Below, one piece after another: positions 17,112 through 24,000 of a stretch of 24,000 bases of DNA (its first letter is position 1; the number at the start of each line of letters is the position of its first letter). The DNA lies in assembly GCA_044370655.1 (NCBI GenBank), contig JBILVD010000001.1:12385-36384 (forward strand), in the 5' to 3' direction. This stretch comes from Candidatus Deianiraeaceae bacterium (lineage in GTDB: Bacteria > Pseudomonadota > Alphaproteobacteria > Rickettsiales > Deianiraeaceae). The notes beneath the pieces are model-generated. The model did no database searches. It worked only from the letters and a program-made list of their open reading frames with translations, and was not told the origin of the DNA. The position numbers and the translations under genes were made by a program.

Positions 17112-17564
17112 ATGGTAATTAGAAGGATTTTTGGTAATCCAAAAAACCGAAAAAATAGGCAAGAACTATCAAAAATTAACTCTTCAAAGGAAATTTTTGT
17201 AAAAAAAAGAAAAAAGTTAGAAGATGACGAAAGTGGTGATAGCTCTGAATTTAGAGATGGTTTTAACATTTTTGGAGATATGTTCAAGTATGAGTACTTT
17301 AAAGATGTCAAAAAAATTAAAATCTCAAATGCGGAGGAAGGCTCTGACCAAGAAACTTTGAAACATCCTAAATTAAAAAATAAAAAAGTGGATGTAATAT
17401 ACAGCGACTTCACAGGCGGAGTCTTTGACGTAAAAGAAGGGCGTAATCAATCACAAAACGATGAAAATGCAATTTCAAACACAGTAATAACAGACAACGT
17501 AGGTAATAAAATTGTTAAACCTATCAAAAGAAATAAAAACAAAAATTCAATTATAGGGTTTTAA
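17112..17564 (+). CDS. hypothetical Lys/Asn-rich protein, no recognisable domain
   Basis: A 150-aa ORF with purine-rich coding-like skew on the + strand. I recognise no motif. The overlapping antisense ORF (17105-17413) is Ser/Leu/Phe-rich and looks like a shadow ORF. Confidence 0.4.
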   Translation: MVIRRIFGNPKNRKNRQELSKINSSKEIFVKKRKKLEDDESGDSSEFRDGFNIFGDMFKYEYFKDVKKIKISNAEEGSDQETLKHPKLKNKKVDVIYSDFTGGVFDVKEGRNQSQNDENAISNTVITDNVGNKIVKPIKRNKNKNSIIGF

Positions 17565-17756
17565 ATTTATTTAAATATTTTTCTATATATAAAAATTTAA
17601 TAATTATTAATTGTTTAAAAAGTTCAAATCTCAAAAATAATTATTTTTTTTATAATATTTTATTAAAAAAACTTGCAATTTTAAAAATGTTTGTAACTGA
17701 TTATAAATGTTTATAACTTTTAGTTTTGAACAATTTTAAACAATTACAAACAACAT

Positions 17757-18749
17757 ATGAACATGATAAAAAGAATTTTAAACATAGCGTTTTTATTGAT
17801 TATTCTACTTATAGGATTATTCGTATTTTTTTTAAAAAGTGATTATACAAATTTAACAACAAAGGAAGAAGGGTATATACTACTTATTGAAAAGGGGGAT
17901 AATATAAGAAAAATAGCAGAAAAATTGGATATAAATGATATCTACAAAAAACCATTTACCGCCTTTTTTGTAATGAGGTTAATGCTTAAAGGCAAATCAA
18001 TTAATGCTGGAGAGTATGAAATTTTAAAAAATGACTCCCTTTTTGACTTAGTTCATAAAATTAAACACAAAATTCACTATTATCGAAAAATCACATTTAT
18101 AGAAGGAGAAACCGCCTCAAGATACTTAGAGCAAATTAATTACTCCTTTGGTCTTTTAGGAAATGCAACAGAAGAAATCAAAGAAGGTTATTTCATGCCA
18201 GGAACTTACAATTATCTATACGGAGAAACAAAAAACTCATTAATTAAGCGCGCAAGGGAGGATATGATAAACTTCGTCAACACTGAGTTTTCAAAAATAG
18301 AAAACAAAGAAGAATTTTATTTAAAAAACATAAACGAGATAATAAGCCTTGCTTCAGTTGTTGAAAAGGAGAGTGGAATTGGCTTAGAGCGTAAATTAAT
18401 TGCAGGAGTATTCTTAAACAGGCTAAAAAAAGGAATGAGGCTACAGTCAGACCCTACAACAATATACGAAATAACAAAAGGAAAGTATAAACTAGATAGA
18501 CCTTTGACATATGCGGACTTGACAATAAAAGGAGAATATAATACATACTACATAAAAGGTATCCCCGCTTTTCCAATTGCTTCACCAGGTAAGGAATCTA
18601 TAATAGCGGTTTTAAATCCGCAAAAAACAGAAAGCTTATTCTTTGTAGCAGATGGAAACGGAGGGCATAATTTCTCTGATAGTTACGAAGAACATTTAGA
18701 GAACGTTAAAATTTATAAGCAATCTTTAAAAAAAGATGAAACAAAATGA
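17757..18749 (+). CDS. mltG: endolytic murein transglycosylase MltG (YceG family)
   Basis: Has an N-terminal TM anchor, then YceG motifs 'EGYFMPGTY', 'ASVVEKE', 'IAGVFLNRLKKGMRLQSDPT', 'YNTY...G.P..PIASPG' and 'FVADGNGGHNFS'. Confidence 0.9.
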   Translation: MNMIKRILNIAFLLIILLIGLFVFFLKSDYTNLTTKEEGYILLIEKGDNIRKIAEKLDINDIYKKPFTAFFVMRLMLKGKSINAGEYEILKNDSLFDLVHKIKHKIHYYRKITFIEGETASRYLEQINYSFGLLGNATEEIKEGYFMPGTYNYLYGETKNSLIKRAREDMINFVNTEFSKIENKEEFYLKNINEIISLASVVEKESGIGLERKLIAGVFLNRLKKGMRLQSDPTTIYEITKGKYKLDRPLTYADLTIKGEYNTYYIKGIPAFPIASPGKESIIAVLNPQKTESLFFVADGNGGHNFSDSYEEHLENVKIYKQSLKKDETK

Positions 18750-19481
18750 AAACAATAACTCAAGCTCATCAGATTATATATCCTCTCGTGTAAAAAGCGG
18801 AGAGTATTTTAATGATGCAAAAGACTGGCTTTACAAAATTTATATTTCCCCGTACAAAACAAAAATTGATTTACTGATAATAATTATCGTAACCGCAATT
18901 GTTATAGTATTTTTTGTCTTGACATCATTTTTTGGAGTGCAAGCAGTTAAGCAAAAAAATGGAATTGTAACTTTAGAAAGCGACTTTGAAGATGAATACA
19001 TAATTCAAAAAATCCCAAAACATTACATAAACAACGAAAAAAACATAATCCGTTTTGTCTTAGAAAGTTATATAGAATTTTTTGAAAGTTATGAAACAAC
19101 AAGGTATAATATATATGAAATTACAAACAAAATTACAGTCATAAGGCAAAATTCAAGTAAGCAAGTTGGAGATAAGTTTGAAAGAATATTAAGAGAAAAT
19201 TACTTAAATGAAATACTTTCTGGCTTTACTAGAAAGGCTAAAATAGACAAATTTGAATTTATAGAACCAGAAACTTAAACTTCATCTTACCATCAAAATC
19301 TGCAACAAAAGTCCGTGCTTATTTAACTTCCTTTGTTTTTAATGAAGATGGTAAATTTTTAGTAAAAGAAGAAAAGCGAGTAGTTGAAATAGGATACACT
19401 TACAAAGGTATAGAACGAGATAAAGACGGAAATTTAGGTAATTTAAATTTAAAGGTAACGGCTTATAATTACATAATTTGA
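18736..19481 (+). pseudogene. VirB8-like (T4SS inner-membrane, NTF2-fold) gene interrupted by a 1-nt frameshift
   Basis: The 180-aa ORF (18736-19278) has the VirB8 layout: cytoplasmic 'EYFNDAKDW', a single TM, and a periplasmic 'IRFVLESYIEFFESYETTRYN' segment. The homologous C-terminus ('...VVEIGYTYKG...LNLKVTAYNYII*') continues in the -1 frame from 19281 to 19481. One extra A in 'gaaac' (~19270) would restore a ~246-aa protein. Confidence 0.5.
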
Positions 19482-19727
19482 TATACTCTACTTAGAGGCG
19501 AACAGGATTTATGGAGTAAATAAATCTTTACCTCCAGTATTTTTAGGATTTTACTCTTGTAATTTTACCTATCTTTAAACCCCACACAACTTAGTTATCT
19601 ACTATAATTTGTCATATAGTTGTAAGTTTTTTAAGTTATCAAAATATAACTTTATCGTTAAATTATTTATAAGTATAACTTATTATAAATTTTTAATACA
19701 TTATTATAATGCAAACTTAATATTACT

Positions 19728-19756
19728 TTGACATACTAAGGAATATTTTTTATACT
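19728..19756 (+). promoter_or_regulatory. candidate sigma70-type promoter for the SMR gene pair
   Basis: TTGACA (19728-19733), a 17-nt spacer, then TATACT (19751-19756). The -10 ends 22 nt upstream of the ATG at 19779. Confidence 0.5.
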
Positions 19757-19778
19757 TAAGATAAGTTTATTTTAAAAT

Positions 19779-20092
19779 ATGATTGCTTGGGTTTTTCTTG
19801 TTTTTGCCTCTATTTGCGAAGTAGTGTGGACTTATTTTATGAAAGTTTCTGACGGATTTTCTAAGTTAAAGCCCGCTATTTTAATGGTTATTTTTAACAT
19901 ACTTAGCACCATTTTTCTCGCCCTTGCAGTTAAGGACTTACCAATAAGTGTTGCGTATCCAATATGGACTGGCATTGGTGCAATGGGAACTGTTGCAATT
20001 GGAATTTTAGCTTTTAACGAAAGTAAAAGCTTCAAAAATACTTCTTTTTAACAATGATACTTCTTGGAATTATTGGCTTAAAAGTTGTATAA
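19779..20092 (+). pseudogene. SMR-family (SugE/Gdx-like) transporter subunit, frameshifted near the 3' end
   Basis: The 90-aa ORF has SMR TM1 with the essential Glu ('ASICEVVWTYFMK') and 'PISVAYPIWTGIGAMGT'. It stops at 20051. The expected fourth TM ('YFFLTMILLGIIGLKVV*') is in the -1 frame and ends at 20092. Adding one A to the A5 run at 20034-20038 restores a 104-aa protein. Confidence 0.7.
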
Positions 20093-20115
20093 TCTTTATT
20101 ATTTTTTATTTTTTT

Positions 20116-20439
20116 ATGTCAAATTTTATTGTGTGGATGGCTCTTTTAGGTGCTGGAATTTCTGAGGTTATTTGGGCTTATTTCATGAAGCAGTCGGAAG
20201 GTTTAACAAAACTTGTTCCTTCTGCGTTATGTATATTTGTGATGATAATTAGTATGGGACTTTTAACTTTCAGTACTAAGTATTTACCAATTAGCATAGC
20301 TTATCCTGTGTGGGTGGGAATTGGAGCAGCTGGAACCGTAATTGCTGGAGCAATGTTTTTTGAAGAATCTATATCCGTTTTAAAAGTTGTGTTTTTAGCA
20401 ATGATAATTGGGGGAGTTATAGGTATTAAATTATCTTAA
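20116..20439 (+). CDS. SMR-family small multidrug/guanidinium-type exporter subunit (SugE/Gdx-like), intact
   Basis: The 107-aa protein has 4 TMs. It carries 'GAGISEVIWAYFMK' (conserved membrane Glu), 'PISIAYPVWVGIGAAGTV' and a C-terminal 'IIGGVIGIKL'. It is paired with the upstream paralog, as in heterodimeric SMR pairs. Confidence 0.85.
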   Translation: MSNFIVWMALLGAGISEVIWAYFMKQSEGLTKLVPSALCIFVMIISMGLLTFSTKYLPISIAYPVWVGIGAAGTVIAGAMFFEESISVLKVVFLAMIIGGVIGIKLS

Positions 20440-20511
20440 TTTCTCAAATAAAAATATTTGTTTATCTTGTAAAAAGATTGTATAATAATATTTAGATTAA
20501 TCTTTTACGCT

Positions 20512-21237
20512 ATGGATAATGACTTGCAAGACATTGCATTGCAAATTGAGAATTTTAAATCCTTTATCTTGCAATTAATTCAGGCTCAAGGTTTTGAATT
20601 TAAGAGAAAAAAAACCCCAGATGGTTCTATTACTGTTGAAGTGTTTCCTAGGTTTATTACCCCAAAGTTAGATTCTATTCCCAGAATGTTAAGGGCGGTA
20701 AAAATTTTAAGATTAGATACAAGTCCTCTAATTAACAAGATTGCTGCTTCCATGGCAGAAGCTATAAGTAATGCAATAGAAAAGAGAATTTATAGAAACG
20801 AAATAATTGCAAAAGTAGAAACCTTTAATAATGAGATAGAAAAAATTTTTAAAGAATTGTTAAGCCGAAGAAAAGATAGTAAAGTAAATGAAAAAGATGT
20901 CAAAAAGTATATACTTAAAGATAAAAAAGATACTAAATTAGAAAAAATAGTTAAGGATATGGTTGCCAATTTGGAAGCTTTAGAAGATATTAAAGAATAC
21001 AAAAAGAAATGTAAGGAGTACGATTTAGGTTCAAAAATTGCTTTTGATAATTTATTACCTGATTATGCCACCTTCTCATATGTTTTAACCCCAGAAGAGG
21101 TAAAAATTGCTTTTGATAATTTATTACCTGATTATGCCACCCTCTCATATGTTTTAACCCCAGAAGAGGTAAAACCAGAAGATTTAAGTAATAGCAAATA
21201 CAGAAGTCCAACATTTAAAGACCCAAAAAATCGATAA
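20512..21237 (+). CDS. hypothetical coiled-coil/Lys-rich protein with duplicated 23-aa C-terminal module
   Basis: A 241-aa ORF in which I recognise no family. It contains the tandem 'IAFDNLLPDYAT(F/L)SYVLTPEEVK' x2. Its 3' end overlaps the thiD 3' end convergently by 23 nt. Confidence 0.55.
   Translation: MDNDLQDIALQIENFKSFILQLIQAQGFEFKRKKTPDGSITVEVFPRFITPKLDSIPRMLRAVKILRLDTSPLINKIAASMAEAISNAIEKRIYRNEIIAKVETFNNEIEKIFKELLSRRKDSKVNEKDVKKYILKDKKDTKLEKIVKDMVANLEALEDIKEYKKKCKEYDLGSKIAFDNLLPDYATFSYVLTPEEVKIAFDNLLPDYATLSYVLTPEEVKPEDLSNSKYRSPTFKDPKNR
21033..21170. repeat. 69-bp tandem duplication (2 copies, 68/69 identical)
   Basis: 21033-21101 and 21102-21170 are identical except T21073 versus C21142 (Phe to Leu). 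The unit is 23 codons long, so it stays in frame. Confidence 0.95.
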
Positions 21238-21910
21238 ACTTACCACTATACGAATTTTTAATTCCATTATAAATTAAATTTTTTGCCTTTTCTATCGCAT
21301 CTTCCAAGTTATACCCCAAAAACAAAAAGGCACATATGGCGGAGGATAATGAGCAACCAGTGCCCCTAACATTTTTTTTTAAATCAATGCTAGGCAATGA
21401 GAAGTCTCTGATTATGTTTCCATCTTTCATAAGTCTATCCGTGCCACTTTTAAATGATTTTACAAGTATGTAAGAGTGATAGTTTTGTAAATCCAATTCT
21501 TTAAATTCTTCAAGATTGGGTGTTATTAAGAAGCTTTTTTTTGAAAGTTCAAGAACAACCTCTTTGTTTTGCAAAATAGCCCCATTTGTTGCTTTTAAAG
21601 GAGTATCTAAAATAATCTTGATATTTTTTGCCGAAAGTGTTTCGGTCAATTCTTTCGCAAGTTCTAAACTTCCAACCATTCCAATTTTAGCAAATTCTAT
21701 TTCCGCCTCTTCAAATATACTTTCTAAGCTTAATTTTAAGGCTTCTTTTGGTATAACAAAATTACCAAATCCTTTTGAGTTGTTTTGAACCGCAACTCCT
21801 GTTGAAATAAAGTAAGGATTTAAACCAAGGTGTTGTGCAACCCTAAAGTCTGCTAAAATGCCAGCACCACCTGTTCCATCAAAGCCCCCAATTAAAATGA
21901 AGCTTTTCAT
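21215..21910 (-). CDS. thiD: hydroxymethylpyrimidine/phosphomethylpyrimidine kinase
   Basis: 'ILIGGFDGTGGAGILADFRV...GLNPYFISTGVAVQN' and 'VRGTGCSLSSAICAFL' match ThiD/PfkB-type signatures. At 231 aa it is somewhat short. Confidence 0.8.
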   Translation of the reverse strand: MKSFILIGGFDGTGGAGILADFRVAQHLGLNPYFISTGVAVQNNSKGFGNFVIPKEALKLSLESIFEEAEIEFAKIGMVGSLELAKELTETLSAKNIKIILDTPLKATNGAILQNKEVVLELSKKSFLITPNLEEFKELDLQNYHSYILVKSFKSGTDRLMKDGNIIRDFSLPSIDLKKNVRGTGCSLSSAICAFLFLGYNLEDAIEKAKNLIYNGIKNSYSGKFIDFLGL

Positions 21911-22750
21911 TTAACTTTTAATTTGCTTTAAAACAAGTTCCTTGCAATTTTTTATATTCCAACTAGAAGGAACCTCGGATGCAAATATTTCATCAGTGCA
22001 TGTGTTTTTACATTTAAAGTAATCTCTGCTAAAACTTCCTGATATTTCATTGCATGTTATTTCAAGGTTATTATTACAGATCGCAGGTTTTACCACCCCA
22101 ATTTGTTTTGTAAATATGATTTCTGTTCTATCTTTTACTTTAGTGCACTGAGTCTTACCATTAGTTGTTTTTTCTGTAAACATTTCACAACTAGCTCTTG
22201 TACATTCTAGTAAGTCACAATTACTGTTGGTAATTTTGTCTTTCACTTTTTCAAGATTTAAAACGTTTTTAAATCCTATTTTCTGACTCAGATTTTCTGT
22301 CGTTTCAAGGCAAGCAAGTGCTTGATTTTTAGTGCAAAGCCCACTACTTGAGCCTGTTATCTGTATAACCAATTTTTGAGCTCCAATTAAAATTCCAATT
22401 CCAGTAATTATTTGTGCAAAAGTTATAAGACCAAACTTACCAATAAATAAATATATACCAGCAAAACTTGCCGCAAATAAACCTACATACTTGATTATAT
22501 CTGATTGAACAAATGATACAAATCTACATATTGCAATGTTAACCGCATTTGCAACGCAAATTCCAGAATTCGCCTCCCCAACCGAACCTGAGCAATAATA
22601 ACCTGCGGCACAAGGATAATTAACCCCACAGGATTGATATTGTTCATTCCCAAAACTTAGTTTTGTAAAAAAGATTGAAAATATAATTGTAAAAATTGTA
22701 AAACCAGCTTTCATATTAAACTTGACATTCGTTATATAATAAATTAACAC
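21911..22750 (-). CDS. secreted/membrane Cys-rich protein with VirB2/TrbC-like pilin core
   Basis: The likely start is Met at 22714 ('MKAGFTIFTIIFSIFFTKLSFG' signal peptide). The core 'ICRFVSFVQSDIIKYVGLFAASFAGIYLFIGKFGLITFAQIITGIGILIGAQKLVIQITG' follows the two-helix VirB2/TrbC pattern (..G....fGK..; ..G..i..GA......tG). It is followed by a ~150-aa extension carrying 11 of the protein's 16 Cys. It abuts thiD with no gap. Confidence 0.5.
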   Translation of the reverse strand: MLIYYITNVKFNMKAGFTIFTIIFSIFFTKLSFGNEQYQSCGVNYPCAAGYYCSGSVGEANSGICVANAVNIAICRFVSFVQSDIIKYVGLFAASFAGIYLFIGKFGLITFAQIITGIGILIGAQKLVIQITGSSSGLCTKNQALACLETTENLSQKIGFKNVLNLEKVKDKITNSNCDLLECTRASCEMFTEKTTNGKTQCTKVKDRTEIIFTKQIGVVKPAICNNNLEITCNEISGSFSRDYFKCKNTCTDEIFASEVPSSWNIKNCKELVLKQIKS

Positions 22751-22763
22751 TAAAATAAGTTAT

Positions 22764-23015
22764 ATGTCAATTTTTATTTTTATGGCTTTAAAAAAAGAAA
22801 TCTTTGAAGATGTTATAAAGTCTAATTTTAAAGATGTTAAATTTATCTTGACTGATATGGTGGGAGATGAAGACCATTACAGCCTTGAGATATCATCTCC
22901 AGAATTTGACGGGCTTTCAATTTTACAAAGTCATAAATTAATAAACAAAAAATTAAAAGACTATATAGGCAGCAAAGTGCACGCTTTAACAATTTTAAGC
23001 ATTAATGTAATTTAA
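22764..23015 (+). CDS. bolA: BolA-family protein
   Basis: 'GDEDHYSLEISSPEFDGLSILQSHKLINKKL...VHALTI' fits the BolA pattern (H..v.v.S..F.G....RH..V...L....iHAL). The start may be Met at 22782. Confidence 0.8.
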   Translation: MSIFIFMALKKEIFEDVIKSNFKDVKFILTDMVGDEDHYSLEISSPEFDGLSILQSHKLINKKLKDYIGSKVHALTILSINVI

Positions 23016-23020
23016 AAGAT

Positions 23021-23296
23021 ATGGATTTAAAAAGAATGATGTCTCAATTGCAGAACCAATCTGCTATGCTACAAAAAAAGATGGAAAGCCTAGAAATAAA
23101 AGGAGAAGCAGGAGGAGAAAATGGAGTTTTTATTTTAATGAATGGTAAATTTCAAGTTAAGGATATAAAAATTAAGTTTTTACCATCAGAGCAAGGGGAC
23201 CTAGAAATTTTAGAAGACCTAATTAAAAAAGCTCTTGAAACTTGTTATGACCAAATTGAAAAAGAAATAAAAAAATACACGGGAGGAATGTTTTAA
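23021..23296 (+). CDS. ybaB: YbaB/EbfC-family nucleoid-associated protein
   Basis: The 91-aa protein has 'MMSQLQNQSAMLQKKMESLEIKGEAGGENGVFILMNGKFQVKDIKI' and '...DLEILEDLI..A', typical of the YbaB layout. Confidence 0.85.
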   Translation: MDLKRMMSQLQNQSAMLQKKMESLEIKGEAGGENGVFILMNGKFQVKDIKIKFLPSEQGDLEILEDLIKKALETCYDQIEKEIKKYTGGMF

Positions 23297-23299
23297 AAA

Positions 23300-23776
23300 A
23301 TGCAGTCAACATTTAATTTTTACAAACTTTTAGAAAGCTCGCTTTTAACTTCGGCAATTTCAACTATTTCTAGCAAAGTTATGGAATTTGGAGAAAAGAC
23401 AATCGTTTTCTTTGAAACAGACCAAGAAATGAACCAAGTTGACGAAAAATTATGGACTTTTTCTCAAAGTGAATTTATGCCACATTTATGTTTTAATGCA
23501 GAAGAATTTGAGGAATTTAAAGATGAAGTCCCCCTACTTTTAACTACACAAAAACAAAATGATATAGAGGCGGAAAATTTAATTATCTTAAAACCCTTTA
23601 ACGAGGTTGAATTCTTTATAAATTTCAAAAAAATATTCTTTTTATTCTCCTCAGAAAATCAAGAAGAATTAACAAATGCAAGAAATTTTTGGAAGGAAAT
23701 TGCGTCTAAAAAAGATAAATTTGCAAGCAAATTTTACGAACAAGGAGAAGATAAAAAGTGGAAATTAAAAGCCTAA
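23300..23776 (+). CDS. holC: DNA polymerase III subunit chi
   Basis: 'FNFYKL' at the N-terminus, 'KTIVFFETDQEMNQVDEKLWTF.QSEFMPH' and the later 'NARNFWKE' correspond to the HolC pattern (FY.l; rv.v......LD..LW.f....F.PH). The ORF is 158 aa. Confidence 0.75.
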   Translation: MQSTFNFYKLLESSLLTSAISTISSKVMEFGEKTIVFFETDQEMNQVDEKLWTFSQSEFMPHLCFNAEEFEEFKDEVPLLLTTQKQNDIEAENLIILKPFNEVEFFINFKKIFFLFSSENQEELTNARNFWKEIASKKDKFASKFYEQGEDKKWKLKA

Positions 23777-23779
23777 TTT

Positions 23780-24000
23780 ATGAAAGAGAGTTTAAGCTTT
23801 CATGCTAAAAATTTCAATATTATCTTAAAAACCTTTTTAAACGCCCTGCCCTATCATAATTCAGGGGAAAAACTCATTAAAACTGCGATTGAATACTCCC
23901 TACTTGAAGGAAATCCCAAATTTATACGTTCCTTTATTGTCTTTGAAACCGCAAAAATGCTTGGAGGAAAAATAAACAATAACATCACAAATCTTGCAAT
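23780..24000 (+). CDS. ispA: polyprenyl/farnesyl diphosphate synthase, 5' fragment (runs off the window)
   Basis: ATG at 23780. 'LPYHNSGEKLIKTAIEYSLLEGNPKFIRSFIVFETAKMLGG' parallels the IspA N-terminus (...a..Y.ll.gGKR.RP.lv....). The DDxxD motifs lie beyond the window. Confidence 0.65.
   Translation, partial: MKESLSFHAKNFNIILKTFLNALPYHNSGEKLIKTAIEYSLLEGNPKFIRSFIVFETAKMLGGKINNNITNLA

Noticed and set aside
19257-19281. Programmed -1 ribosomal frameshift joining the two VirB8-like frames (the same question applies at 20024-20053 for the SMR gene)
   Set aside because: There is no X XXY YYZ slippery heptamer in the correct phase within either frame-overlap window, and no obvious downstream stem-loop. 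A single-A indel in a short A run explains both cases more simply.
19483-19778. Possible guanidine (ykkC, mini-ykkC or guanidine-III) riboswitch in the ~300-bp leader upstream of the SMR pair
   Set aside because: SMR/SugE genes are often riboswitch-controlled, but on the + strand I find no ACGR-loop hairpins and no GGGA/ACGR conserved cores. The near-consensus promoter at 19728-19756 leaves only a ~16-nt leader.
1-24000. Searched for tRNA, rRNA, tmRNA, CRISPR arrays, IS elements and integrases
   Set aside because: I saw no T-loop (GGTTCGAATCC-like) or acceptor-stem patterns. There are no regularly spaced direct repeats other than the single 69-bp duplication, and no transposase- or integrase-like ORFs in any frame of the supplied track.

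Overview
The window is AT-rich (roughly 30% GC by eye) and gene-dense. It looks like chromosome from a reduced-genome, Rickettsiales-like alphaproteobacterium: it has an archaeal/type-2-like ValRS, scattered T4SS-like genes and an orphan HK97/GTA-type protease. I call 28 protein-coding features. Most are housekeeping genes: ispD, pepP-like M24 aminopeptidase, VanX/DdpX-like dipeptidase, valS, rlpA, trhO-like rhodanese, dapF, an acyl-CoA synthetase, panD, nusB, fabD, cydAB, mltG, thiD, bolA, ybaB, holC and the ispA 5' end. I found no tRNA, rRNA, CRISPR or IS element. The strongest signal not explained by the ORFs is a 16-bp palindrome, TGTTTCACGTGAAACA, which is the canonical ParB-binding parS centromere sequence. 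It occurs twice perfectly and twice with one mismatch within 4.9 kb (2603-7498). All four copies lie inside coding sequence (pepP x2, valS, rlpA) and are read as V-S-R-E/K-T, which points to an origin-proximal partition and SMC-loading locus. Secondary observations: a VirB2/TrbC-like pilin core fused to a Cys-rich extension; a VirB8-like gene and one member of an SMR pair that are each broken by an apparent single-A loss; a near-perfect 69-bp in-frame tandem duplication in an orphan protein; a ~100-aa lineage-specific insertion in ValRS; an orphan HK97 prohead protease; and a 600-bp ORF-free spacer.
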